A DNA stretch of 64,000 bases, taken from NCBI GenBank assembly GCA_013286205.1, contig JABDGD010000005.1, positions 15,003 to 79,002 of the forward strand, in the 5' to 3' direction. Origin of the DNA: Candidatus Firestoneibacteriota bacterium (GTDB taxonomy: Bacteria; Oederibacteriota; Muellerivitia; Muellerivitales; Muellerivitaceae). Made by a program: the position numbers and the translations under genes. Of the stretch, positions 27,793 through 35,985 are shown in pieces. The notes below the pieces were generated by a model. It saw only the letters and a list, made by a program, of their open reading frames with translations, was not told where the DNA came from and ran no database searches. The first letter of the stretch is position 1. Each line of letters begins with the position of its first letter.

Positions 27793-28416
27793 TTACTTCG
27801 TCACACAACCTTGGGCGTCCGAAACCACCGAACGTAAAGGGCGAATGACGCCGCGGCCAGTATTCATGTCGCGGGCAATTTCGTAACGGGGAACCGTGCT
27901 GTCGACGGTAGCGGACCAAGCGTCAATGCCGCCCGTGAGCGACTTCACGTTGGTGAAACCGTGACCGGCGAAGTAAGAAGCGGCGTCCATGCTGCGTTTG
28001 CCGGTATGGCAATAGAACACCCAGGCCGAATCCTTGGGGGAAGACATGATCTCGTGAGAGATGTTTTCGTCCACCAATTCAGCGCCGTTGATATGAGCGG
28101 TTTCCCATTCAACTGGGGTACGCACGTCAATAACACGGGGTTTTTTGTCGCTCTTCATAGCCTGATCCAAATCAGCCGGGCTAATCTGAACACGTTTGTC
28201 GATCTCTTCGGCTTCCACAATGAAATTCAACATTTCATCCATGTCCGTAATGTTGTGTTTGCCGGCCACGACGCTCAAAATGTCGGTGGGTTCGTAACCG
28301 CAGCTATGGCATCCGCCAATGTGGTACTTTTGGAAAAGCGCGCGTTGGGCGCTGGGATAGTTATCCAAAACTTCCTGCATCGTGCTGTCTTTAGTGATTT
28401 TCAACGTTGTGCTCAT
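27793..28416 (-). CDS. DUF1858-like redox-disulfide domain fused to a rhodanese domain
   Basis: Start at ATG 28416 (GGAG SD). N-terminal ..YHIGGCHSCGYEP.. The rhodanese domain has active-site loop CHTGKRS. C-terminal tail ends ..AQGCVTK. Confidence 0.8.
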   Translation of the reverse strand: MSTTLKITKDSTMQEVLDNYPSAQRALFQKYHIGGCHSCGYEPTDILSVVAGKHNITDMDEMLNFIVEAEEIDKRVQISPADLDQAMKSDKKPRVIDVRTPVEWETAHINGAELVDENISHEIMSSPKDSAWVFYCHTGKRSMDAASYFAGHGFTNVKSLTGGIDAWSATVDSTVPRYEIARDMNTGRGVIRPLRSVVSDAQGCVTK

Positions 28417-28598
28417 GACATCTCCTCTATATGTATACAACTGTCCTGCATGGCTAAAGATACGCTGTTCTATCGGCGATGACAAGAGCCATAGTCTTAA
28501 ATAGCCCTGTTTTTATGATATTTTGAGGGGCTTCTCAGGGTTCAAAATGCCCTTTTTGTTTATAATGCCGTGGTTGTTATCTCTTTTGGCGGTGCCTT

Positions 28599-29036
28599 TT
28601 GGAAGAACGTAAAACAGACCTTTCTCGAACTCTTGTTAACTCCTACCGAGTGGCCAATTACCGTGTGGTCACAGGCCAATACAGTTTCTTCATACTGAAC
28701 ATTAAGAAGAAGTCGGCGGATCTTGAAACGCTGATGAAACAGCACAATCTTTTCACCGCGGTTTACATCACTGGCTATAACATCCACGGCAAACAAACCG
28801 AACCGCACATCAACATTAAGGCGCAAAAAAATCTGGTGGGCGATATACGCCGCACCGGACTGCCGTTCTTGGAAGGTTTTGGTGAAGACCCCACGGGTAA
28901 GTGGAAAAAAGAACCCAGCCTTTTAGTTTTCGGCATGAGCCTGGAAGACGCCGAAGACTTGGGCCGTAAGTATGGCCAGAATGCCATTGTGTGGATGGAT
29001 GATGAATACGTGCCGAAGTTGATTTTTTTAAAGTAG
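28599..29036 (+). CDS. DUF3293-like protein
   Basis: YRV..FFIL, AVYITGYN, PFLEGFGEDPTGKWKKEPSLLVFG and KYGQNAIVW resemble DUF3293 (from memory). TTG start. Confidence 0.5.
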   Translation: MEERKTDLSRTLVNSYRVANYRVVTGQYSFFILNIKKKSADLETLMKQHNLFTAVYITGYNIHGKQTEPHINIKAQKNLVGDIRRTGLPFLEGFGEDPTGKWKKEPSLLVFGMSLEDAEDLGRKYGQNAIVWMDDEYVPKLIFLK

Positions 29037-29057
29037 TTATTTAAACAGAGGATTGAT

Positions 29058-29447
29058 ATGCAAAGACAAATTGAACAGTTAGTTGAGTTCCACAAGACTT
29101 ATGGCGTGGCTATCAATGAACCGGTAGGTTCGGTTCCGACCAAGGCGCAAGCGATTAGGGGGAAATTGCAGGTCGAAGAAGCTGAAGAAATCGGCGGGGC
29201 AGTTGAGCGCGGTGACTTGGTTGAAATCGCGGATGGGGTCATCGATTCGCTCTACATCGCGATTGGCACGGCGGTGGTTTATGGTTTTCAAGACAAGCTT
29301 CCCGCGTTATTCGACGCGGTGCATCAATCGAATATGAGCAAGCTGGGGCCAGATGGCAAGCCAATGTACCGCGAAGATGGCAAGGTCATTAAAGGGCCAA
29401 ACTTTAAGCCGCCGACAGAAGCCATTAAGAAAATCTTGGGCCTCTAA
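29058..29447 (+). CDS. MazG-like / HisE-like nucleoside-triphosphate pyrophosphohydrolase family protein
   Basis: All-alpha NTP-PPase pattern: EEAEE..A......LVEIADGVIDSLYIAIG, then VHQSNMSKLGPDGKP..REDGKVIKGPNFKPP. Confidence 0.65.
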   Translation: MQRQIEQLVEFHKTYGVAINEPVGSVPTKAQAIRGKLQVEEAEEIGGAVERGDLVEIADGVIDSLYIAIGTAVVYGFQDKLPALFDAVHQSNMSKLGPDGKPMYREDGKVIKGPNFKPPTEAIKKILGL

Positions 29448-29482
29448 ACCAGCATCCTCCCATAGACTTTCGTTTCGAAACT

Positions 29483-29512
29483 GACAACTTCTTCGGAGGT
29501 TGTCTTTTTTTT
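29483..29512 (+). terminator. Rho-independent terminator
   Basis: GACAACTTC-TTCG-GAGGTTGTC stem followed by T8. Confidence 0.85.
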
Positions 29513-29750
29513 GTCAATTTTCGTGAATTAAAAATTAGGCGTCCCGTCTATAGGTTGAAAGCGCAGGAAATACGGCTTTCAGCGTTGGTATGGTTAATGC
29601 TCTTACAGTTGATGTTGTGATGAAGCCCGTTTTCGCCTGTCAGCGATACCCACTTCAATGCTTTAGCTGATCCGCCCATGGCGGCTAGGCACCGCGCCGG
29701 AAGGGATGCACCCCCACCGTTAACGCCAGTGCCGGAAAAGCGAGGATGAT

Positions 29751-29903
29751 ATGCATAAGGAATGTATGGAAATGAAGAATCTGATGGATTTGCAGCACAC
29801 TGGATGTTTAACCGAAGGTCAAAGAAGCTTTTTGAACCATCATTTGCTGTTCTGCCCGGAGTGCATGATTGATATGGTTTCGAACTCGTCGGTTTTGCTT
29901 TGA
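29751..29903 (+). CDS. Possible 50-codon ORF with a zf-HC2-like HLLFCPEC motif
   Basis: MHKECMEMKNLMDLQHTGCLTEGQRSFLNHHLLFCPECMIDMVSNSSVLL. GAGGA 4 nt upstream. Below the ORF-track length cutoff. It may instead be non-coding. Confidence 0.25.
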   Translation: MHKECMEMKNLMDLQHTGCLTEGQRSFLNHHLLFCPECMIDMVSNSSVLL

Positions 29904-29937
29904 AATAAGAATATCTCTCCACACCTCTTGTTGACCC

Positions 29938-29968
29938 AGCCCGACCATCCCCATGGCCGGGCTTTTTT
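29938..29968 (+). terminator. Rho-independent terminator or attenuator, 50 nt upstream of the next start codon
   Basis: AGCCCG.CC-loop-GG.CGGGCT stem followed by TTTTTT. Confidence 0.7.
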
Positions 29969-30018
29969 ATGCTCTTTTTGGTTATTGGATGCGGGGCCGT
30001 AAGTTGATAATAAACCAT

Positions 30019-30309
30019 ATGAACAAAGCCTGTCATGCTTGCGGACAACTGTGGGAAAGCACTCCGGGTTCTCAACCCGGCCGGGGAGAAACCTGCGTGA
30101 AATGCGGCACGGATTTGCACTGCTGCCTTAATTGTTCTTTGTTTGACCCGGCCTCATATACCTGTACCAGCCGAAGCGCGGAACCCGTGAAAGACAAAGA
30201 GAAACGCAACTTCTGTGATGAGTTCGCAATGGGGTCCAAAGGCGGGCCTGGTAAGGGCGCTCAAAAGAACGACGACATGAATCAAAAATGGAAAGATATT
30301 TTCGGATAA
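30019..30309 (+). CDS. Cys-rich zinc-ribbon-type small protein (96 aa)
   Basis: MNKACHACG...CVKCGTDLHCCLNCSLFD...C...KEKRNFCDEF. Start moved to the internal ATG at 30019. Confidence 0.5.
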   Translation: MNKACHACGQLWESTPGSQPGRGETCVKCGTDLHCCLNCSLFDPASYTCTSRSAEPVKDKEKRNFCDEFAMGSKGGPGKGAQKNDDMNQKWKDIFG

Positions 30310-30474
30310 CACTTTCAAAAGACGTTGTTCTGCACTCTTTTTGACATATAATGCACAAGCACTAAGCAACTCAGCCTCTTTCTCCGCAAGTGACTGTCCT
30401 CACTGAATTAAGCCTGAATTTTTGACCAGTTGCCTCTGGCCTCCACAACTCTTCGAGTGATGAAACGGGGGACT

Positions 30475-30978
30475 ATGCCGAATACCGAAAAAATCAAAAT
30501 GCTTAACCGTTTGACTCCGCACTTAAAAGCGGCGGCGCAATTGGTGAAGACCGCTTCTTTATTGAAAATCTCTATGGCGAACAAAAAAACGCGTGACCGC
30601 TCGCCCAATACCAATACACCTATGCTCTTTAATGAAAAACGCCAGGTGGAAACCCGCGTATCCGCCAAAATTCCAGTCCGATACCGGGCGATCAAAAATG
30701 AAAATGAAACTGAAGCGGCTTTTGACCATCACGATGATGTGAAGGTATCTTTCAGCAAGAATGTAAGTTCGGGTGGAATTTTTTTAGTTACCAAAGATGA
30801 ACTCGATTTTGAAAGCTTGTTACACCTGCATGTTTTTTTGCCGCACAGCCCTGAGTTTGTGTCCGTCTTGGCTCGGGTAATGTGGACTGACAAAGAGGGT
30901 GCCGGGCTTTGTTTTGTGGGAATGAAACAGGCTGAGCTGGAGAGGCTAAAGGATCAGATCAGAAAGATTACTCGCTGA
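30475..30978 (+). CDS. PilZ domain protein
   Basis: RQVETR...(19 aa)...NVSSGGIF matches the RxxxR / [DN]xSxxG c-di-GMP-binding motifs. The start is uncertain (30430-30475). Confidence 0.7.
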   Translation: MPNTEKIKMLNRLTPHLKAAAQLVKTASLLKISMANKKTRDRSPNTNTPMLFNEKRQVETRVSAKIPVRYRAIKNENETEAAFDHHDDVKVSFSKNVSSGGIFLVTKDELDFESLLHLHVFLPHSPEFVSVLARVMWTDKEGAGLCFVGMKQAELERLKDQIRKITR

Positions 30979-31408
30979 GGTTTCCCCAATAAAAAGGGAA
31001 GTTTTTTTTCAGACTTTTGGCTTCGTTGTTAACGGTTGTGCCGTTGATGAATGCTCTGAGTTGTGCCCGATCAGAGTCATCCAAAACAATGTACTGAAAC
31101 CCGAAAACATTGTCTTTTTTCCAAATCAACCGGGTGTAAACCACCAGCGGTTTTTCCAAATTCATCAGATGAAAACAAATTTTGATAAGTTCGGTGGGGC
31201 GTTGACCTTTCTTGAGCTCTAAACGAATGCCGCCTTCGCTTACATCCAGGCTTTTGGCTTGAAGATTTTTTTCCGGCACTTCTAAAAAACCATTCGACTC
31301 AATGATGGGGAAGATGGTGACCCGATCATTAAGCTGCACGCGCCGATATTTCTGTCTGTCGGGTTCTGGATTTTTGCTGGTGGATTGGTTTTTGATATCA
31401 GTCATCAT
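30968..31408 (-). CDS. PilZ domain protein
   Basis: RQKYRRVQL ... LDVSEGGIRL matches the PilZ motifs. Confidence 0.7.
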   Translation of the reverse strand: MMTDIKNQSTSKNPEPDRQKYRRVQLNDRVTIFPIIESNGFLEVPEKNLQAKSLDVSEGGIRLELKKGQRPTELIKICFHLMNLEKPLVVYTRLIWKKDNVFGFQYIVLDDSDRAQLRAFINGTTVNNEAKSLKKNFPFYWGNLSE

Positions 31409-31576
31409 GGTTAGAGCCTACACTGCTTTGAAATCGTTACAAGGAGCCCCGGGTGATAAAAGCGTTTTCACTGGATGAAACCGCTTTTATGTTTTAAGAA
31501 ATAGGGGTTTTACGTGTTGCGACTGAGAAGCGCTAATGCACAAAGAGGTCGTTCAAAAAAATATTTGGTACAAAAG

Positions 31577-31590
31577 TGTAGGTACCTACA
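31577..31590. promoter_or_regulatory. Perfect 14-bp palindrome TGTAGGTACCTACA (candidate enhancer-binding-protein site)
   Basis: Read directly. Lies about 75 bp upstream of the sigma-54 -24 element. Confidence 0.3.
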
Positions 31591-31664
31591 AAATTATTCT
31601 TGAAATTTATTTTGGCTCGTCGTTTACCTTCGACTGAAAGCCCTTTCACTTCTTGTTCACCTGT

Positions 31665-31680
31665 TGGCACAAGGCTTGCT
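31665..31680 (+). promoter_or_regulatory. Sigma-54 (RpoN) -24/-12 promoter
   Basis: TGGCAC-AAGGC-TTGCT matches the TGGCAC-N5-TTGCW consensus exactly. It ends 44 nt upstream of the HPr ATG. Confidence 0.6.
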
Positions 31681-31723
31681 TTACACATACCCAGCTTCAC
31701 CAAAAAAACGCGGGAGGCATTGG

Positions 31724-31996
31724 ATGGAAATTACAGAAACGGTAAAGATATCGAATCGTTTAGGGTTTCATCTGCGGGCGGCGGCGGAGTTTGTGAAAAC
31801 TTCCTCGAAGTACAAGTGCCGGATCATGGTGCGCAAAGAGTACCAGGATGCCAACGGCAAAAGCCTGATGAACCTGATGGCTTTGGCCGCCAGCTATGGA
31901 ACCGAACTGACCTTGATTTTTGAGGGCGATGACGCTTCCGCGGCGCGTGATTCGCTGAAACAGTTGGTGATGAATCGGTTTGGCGAGCGCGAATAA
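31724..31996 (+). CDS. ptsH: HPr-family phosphocarrier protein (HPr/NPr-like)
   Basis: MEITETVKISNRLGFHLRAAAEFV (His-15 region), GKSLMNLMAL (Ser-46 region). 90 aa. GGGAGG SD. Confidence 0.8.
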   Translation: MEITETVKISNRLGFHLRAAAEFVKTSSKYKCRIMVRKEYQDANGKSLMNLMALAASYGTELTLIFEGDDASAARDSLKQLVMNRFGERE

Positions 31997-32071
31997 CACA
32001 ATTCAAAATAATAAATTTTGAATTAAGGATGTTCATGTTCTGGCAGTAGAAAGGACTAAGAGGTGGCAGTG

Positions 32072-32395
32072 ATGAAGACCAAATTGAGTAAGAAGATGAA
32101 ATTATCGACCCGAAAGGGAATCCGTGTATCAGCGGAAACCGCCTTCAAACAAGCGGTGTTGGAAAAGCTGGATGTGATTGATAAAAACAAAATGTTTAAC
32201 GACGCTGAAACGAGAGAACTGTTCGGTCTGAACCCCAGAAAGACCTCGGTCAAAGCTAATTTCAAGCAATTCTACCGCTGGGCTGAAATTGAATCGAAAA
32301 AGAAAGGTTTTTCCCGCCTGATGGAAGCGGATGTGATCCGTTTGGTCAGAGAAAGCCGGGACTCTTTAGATACCTTCGAGCCCTGCACACAATAG
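32072..32395 (+). CDS. Hypothetical basic protein (~107 aa)
   Basis: ORF track. ATG at 32072 after AGAGGTG. Confidence 0.4.
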   Translation: MKTKLSKKMKLSTRKGIRVSAETAFKQAVLEKLDVIDKNKMFNDAETRELFGLNPRKTSVKANFKQFYRWAEIESKKKGFSRLMEADVIRLVRESRDSLDTFEPCTQ

Positions 32396-32463
32396 AATTG
32401 TCAGAGCCTTCTTTTCCATTAAACTAGTGCCCGCTACCCATATCTCATCTCCAAGGGGCACTT

Positions 32464-33793
32464 ATGGTTCCGAAATCAATTAACAACTTAGAAAACTTCA
32501 GGCAGTTACCCCCGCGTAAAACACTCATCATGATTGTGGCGGCCGCGGTCATAGTGGTATCGGGTTTGGTTTGGCTTTGTGCCATCCTTTTTCCCCTGCC
32601 ACCTCACCGTATTACGATGGTCACCGGCCCGGAAGGCAGCGCCTATGACACTTATGGCAAAGCTTATAAACGGTTGCTGGCCAAAGAAGGCATTGAAGTA
32701 AAGCTGGTTCAGACTCTTGGCGGAGTGGATAACTTGACCCGCTTGCGTGATTCCAAGTCTGGTGTGGAAGTAGGATTTGTGGAAGGGGGGAGTGGCGACG
32801 GAAGATGACGCTCCCGCTTTGGTCTCCTTGGGAACCGTGGGATATGAACCCATGTGGTTTTTCTCGCGCAAAATGGTCACTGAGAAAGTATTGGAAGCTC
32901 TCAGGGGCAAAAGGGTCTCTGTCGGGCCGGAAGGCAGTGATTCGCGGGCGTTGGTGGATGAGCTGGTCAAACGAAAAGCCCTTGAAATCAATTCTTCTAA
33001 TGAACTCAACTTTTCACCGGAAGAAACCGAGAAGCAACTGCTAGCGGGGGATATTGATGCCGCTATTTTAATGCAGAGTCTGGCTTCTCCGGTGGTTCGC
33101 GATTTGATTAACACTAAGGGGATTTATTTGGCCAATTTTAAACGGGCAGATGCCTATGTGGCCCGTTTTCCCTCACTCTATAAGCTGGTGATGCCAGAAG
33201 GCGCGGCGGATTTAGAGACCGACATGCCTCCGCGCAACACGACCCTTTTGGCCACTAAAACCAGCATGATTGTGCGGGGGAACTTGCATCCGGCCATTCA
33301 ATATCTTCTGCTGGAAAGCGCCTCTCAAGTTCACGCCCGGGCCGGGGTTTTTGCCAAAGCCGGGGAGTTTCCTTCCGCGGAAGCATTGGAAATTCCTTTG
33401 AGTGGAGATGCCAAGCAATATTACAAATCAGGAAAACCTTTTTTACAGCGCTACCTGCCTTTCTGGCTGGCGGCATTATTGGAACAACTTTTGATATTGG
33501 CTATTCCTGTTTTGGGTTTGCTTTATCCTTTGATTAAGGGATTGATGTCACTTTATGCCTGGGTTACACACCGGAAAATGTATATGGTTTACGGTGAACT
33601 TCACTGGGTAGAGATGGAGTTGGACAAACTGGGGGATAATCCGCCGACCGAGGCCATTTTGATCCGTATGAACCATTTAGAACACAGAACCAACAGAATG
33701 AAGGTGGCCGCGAACTATATGCCGATGCTTTACAGCTTGAAAGACACGATTGCTCAGGTGCGTCGGCGCTTGGATGCTAAAACCACTAAGTGA
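32464..33793 (+). pseudogene. TAXI-family (TRAP-type) solute-binding receptor-like gene interrupted by a +1 frameshift in a G6 run
   Basis: ORF 32464-32808 (..ITMVTGPEGSAYDTYGKAYKRLLAKEGIEVKLVQTLGGVDNLTRL..GFVEGG) continues in the +1 frame as ORF 32777-33793 (GVATEDDAPALVSLGTVGYEPMWFF..). Removing one G from GGGGGG at 32785-32790 restores a single ~440-aa ORF. Confidence 0.75.
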
Positions 33794-33821
33794 AACAGAG
33801 ATAGACCAGAGGGGGAATTTG

Positions 33822-34064
33822 ATGGAATCAGAGAATAAGACAGTTTATGAAGCGGCAATTAAGGTGAAGAGCGGTGAATACCGGTTGGCGGTTAAAGACT
33901 CGCCTCGGTCCGGCCGATATTTTTTAATTGAGGATGTTCGGATAAAAGAGGGAAAGTCGAGAACGGAGCGGGTGGTGATTTATCCCGAGCTCATGGAAGC
34001 GTTTGATCAGCAGTATCAAAAAGCGAAAGCTTTGATGATCCCTCCCTCAGAACCAACCGCCTAA
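33822..34064 (+). CDS. Small protein, possibly a PUR-like (DUF3276-like) nucleic-acid binder
   Basis: GEYRLAVKDSPRSGRYFLIEDVR...ERVVIYPELMEAF resembles a PUR repeat (weak, from memory). GAGGGGG SD. Confidence 0.4.
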   Translation: MESENKTVYEAAIKVKSGEYRLAVKDSPRSGRYFLIEDVRIKEGKSRTERVVIYPELMEAFDQQYQKAKALMIPPSEPTA

Positions 34065-34066
34065 AA

Positions 34067-34106
34067 TAAAAAAGGCCCGATCTTGTTTAAAAGATCAGGC
34101 CTTTTA
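34067..34106. terminator. Bidirectional terminator between convergent genes
   Basis: AGGCCCGATCTT-GTTT-AAGATCAGGCCT flanked by an A-run and a T-run. Confidence 0.8.
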
Positions 34107-34120
34107 AAAATCAGACTAAA

Positions 34121-34399
34121 TTATTTTCCTAAAACTTCATCTTTCAAAGCCTTGACCACGCGGAACTTAATGACGCGCTTGGCGGCAATTTTGATGGTTT
34201 CGCCGGTCGCGGGATTGCGGCCCATGCGAGCTTTGCGGTCTTTCAATTGAAACACACCGAGACCATCGAGCTTGATGACTTTTTCCTTCTTCAAGGTTTT
34301 GTAAATCAGGTTCTTCAAGCAATCCATCATGTTTTCGACATCTTTCTTCTTGAAACCCGAATCAGTCGCCAACGTCGCCAGCATTTCACTCTTGGTCAC
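34121..34399 (-). CDS. hup: HU-family DNA-binding protein
   Basis: 92 aa. ..FQLKDRKARMGRNPATGETIKIAAKRVIKFR.. is the HU/IHF arm signature. Confidence 0.92.
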   Translation of the reverse strand: MTKSEMLATLATDSGFKKKDVENMMDCLKNLIYKTLKKEKVIKLDGLGVFQLKDRKARMGRNPATGETIKIAAKRVIKFRVVKALKDEVLGK

Positions 34400-34581
34400 A
34401 ATATGCCTCCTGGAGATTTAACAATCGGGCAGTATTTATGCAAAATATTGCGGTTTTTACAAGGAATTTCGCTTTTGGGATGCTTTATTGCTTTGAGGAT
34501 TAACTGGTCGGGGCTTGATTAAGGGTGTGGAGGTTACATAATTAAAGAAAGTGAATCTTGGGCACCGAAAGGAACTCTGCC

Positions 34582-34776
34582 ATGAAACTTCCAATTGTTT
34601 TGGTATTTTGCTCGCCTTTTATTGTTTCTGTTCTTTTTTCTTCCTGTGACAGCTCCTCAAGTCCTTCTAAAGGTTCATTTGTGTCGGCGCCGGCCGCCGG
34701 CACGAACACGGTGACCAATACGATGACAACCACCGCGACGAACACCGCGACGGTTACGGCAACGAATACCCCTTAA
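34582..34776 (+). CDS. Mini-lipoprotein ending in a Thr-x tract (possible fragment)
   Basis: MKLPIVLVFCSPFIVSVLFSSC lipobox, then ..GTNTVTNTMTTTATNTATVTATNTP and a stop. Confidence 0.4.
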   Translation: MKLPIVLVFCSPFIVSVLFSSCDSSSSPSKGSFVSAPAAGTNTVTNTMTTTATNTATVTATNTP

Positions 34777-34814
34777 CGGTACTTTACTCAAGTCGAGTTA
34801 GGTTAGAATTGGGT

Positions 34815-35117
34815 ATGTCCTCAAGCGATTACGAAACTTTTTACCAGGTCATTCTCTACAGCTTCAAAAAGCGCAAAACCGCTTTTTTGATGACCGATAA
34901 GATATTGGCCGACATTCATTTTCAAAAAGCCATTAACCCGAAAGAAGATAAAGAACGCTTGGACGCGATCTTAGAAATAATGCGGGAAAACGACATGGTG
35001 GTGTTGAACCAGCCGAAGTTTGCGGCGCTGAGCGCTAAAGGGAAGCGGGTTGTAGAGGCCCTTGGTGAAGATGTAATTGCACAAATAGAAAAGGGATTGC
35101 AAGACCGATCCCAGTAA
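34815..35117 (+). CDS. Hypothetical protein (100 aa)
   Basis: ORF track. No family recognised. Confidence 0.4.
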   Translation: MSSSDYETFYQVILYSFKKRKTAFLMTDKILADIHFQKAINPKEDKERLDAILEIMRENDMVVLNQPKFAALSAKGKRVVEALGEDVIAQIEKGLQDRSQ

Positions 35118-35175
35118 GCAAAGCGGCGCCACGAAAAACCAGGTGGGTAAAGCCGCCAGCTGTTTCCGGCCTCTT

Positions 35176-35373
35176 TTATGGCTCGGCGTCTCGATCAAAA
35201 ATATTTCGTTCAGGGTCTTTTTCATTCCAGTTCCAGTCATCCAAGGCCATTTCATAAAAATTTCCTCTTTCCAGCCAACGGTCATAAGCCGTTTCAACAA
35301 GGTTGATGGGTTGTTTGATAGATTCTTTTAAGGTTGGTTTCGATGTAAGTGTTTTATGTTTTTGTGGCGGCAT
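35176..35373 (-). CDS. Hypothetical small protein (65 aa), co-transcribed with the rhodanese gene
   Basis: GGAGGTG SD 5 nt upstream of the ATG. Trp/acidic-rich. Confidence 0.45.
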   Translation of the reverse strand: MPPQKHKTLTSKPTLKESIKQPINLVETAYDRWLERGNFYEMALDDWNWNEKDPERNIFDRDAEP

Positions 35374-35403
35374 AAGGCACCTCCGTTTTCTGCTGCCCGC
35401 TTC

Positions 35404-35754
35404 TTACTTAGTGCTGGCGTGAGGGACTTGTGTCCCTTCCACAGGCCAGCCCGCTTCAGACCATTCTTCTATACCACCCGGGTAATCCGCGGCCATAAAG
35501 CCAGCGTCCCGAAGGGCTGTTGCGGCGCTGGGACCGGCCATGCAGCTATAGCCGCTGCAATGGGTAATGTAAAATTTGTCTCTGCCATAGATTTGCTCGA
35601 CTTTTTTCACGAAGCTCTTAGGGTCTTTGGCCCAGGCTAAGTTGAAAGAACCCGGTATATGCATTTTTTCATAAGCTTCCAGTGAAAGAACATTCAGTAC
35701 CACAACGCCTTTTTCTTTCATTTTTTCCCGTACCATTTCTTTAGACATCGACAT
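35404..35754 (-). CDS. Single-domain rhodanese-like sulfurtransferase
   Basis: AAGGAGG SD. ..VVVLNVLSLEAYEKMHIPGS.. with active-site loop HCSGYSCMAGP. Confidence 0.75.
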   Translation of the reverse strand: MSMSKEMVREKMKEKGVVVLNVLSLEAYEKMHIPGSFNLAWAKDPKSFVKKVEQIYGRDKFYITHCSGYSCMAGPSAATALRDAGFMAADYPGGIEEWSEAGWPVEGTQVPHASTK

Positions 35755-35985
35755 GACGGGCCTCCTTTGAAAAAGAATCCCCATTTTTAATTGATGCGTT
35801 TTCGAGGTTGATGAAAACGTGGGGAAGAATGTGAGGAACCCCTTTTGGGGTTAAATTAAACAAAGGAATAAGCGGGGGAAAAGTAAAGGCTTTGTAATAT
35901 GCGTTTTTAGCGTTTAACCATGAAGACTGAAAAGGATTATGGGACAATAATCCGTCCTAGAGATCTCAAAATCAGGAGAATTGAA

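Noticed and set aside
29520-29935. RNase P RNA, tmRNA, SRP RNA or a group II intron domain V in the ~420-nt unit
   Set aside because: The size fits and a few short strings look similar: GGAUCAG..UGAAG, GUAAGAGC, CCGGAAGG, AGCCGUAU. Neither strand has the near-universal GGAAAGUCC / ACAGAA..CGGCUUA P4 elements. There is no tRNA-like T-arm plus CCA end and no tag ORF ending in a stop. The GGAA loop is not closed by an SRP-type helix, and the AGCCGUAU segment cannot form a 34-nt D5 hairpin. The unit is left as unassigned.
29548-30120. 190-aa ORF on the minus strand spanning the unassigned region
   Set aside because: It crosses a plus-strand terminator and overlaps the better-supported zinc-ribbon gene start. 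It has no SD, and its composition (S/P/G/A/R-rich, no recognisable motif) looks like non-coding translation.
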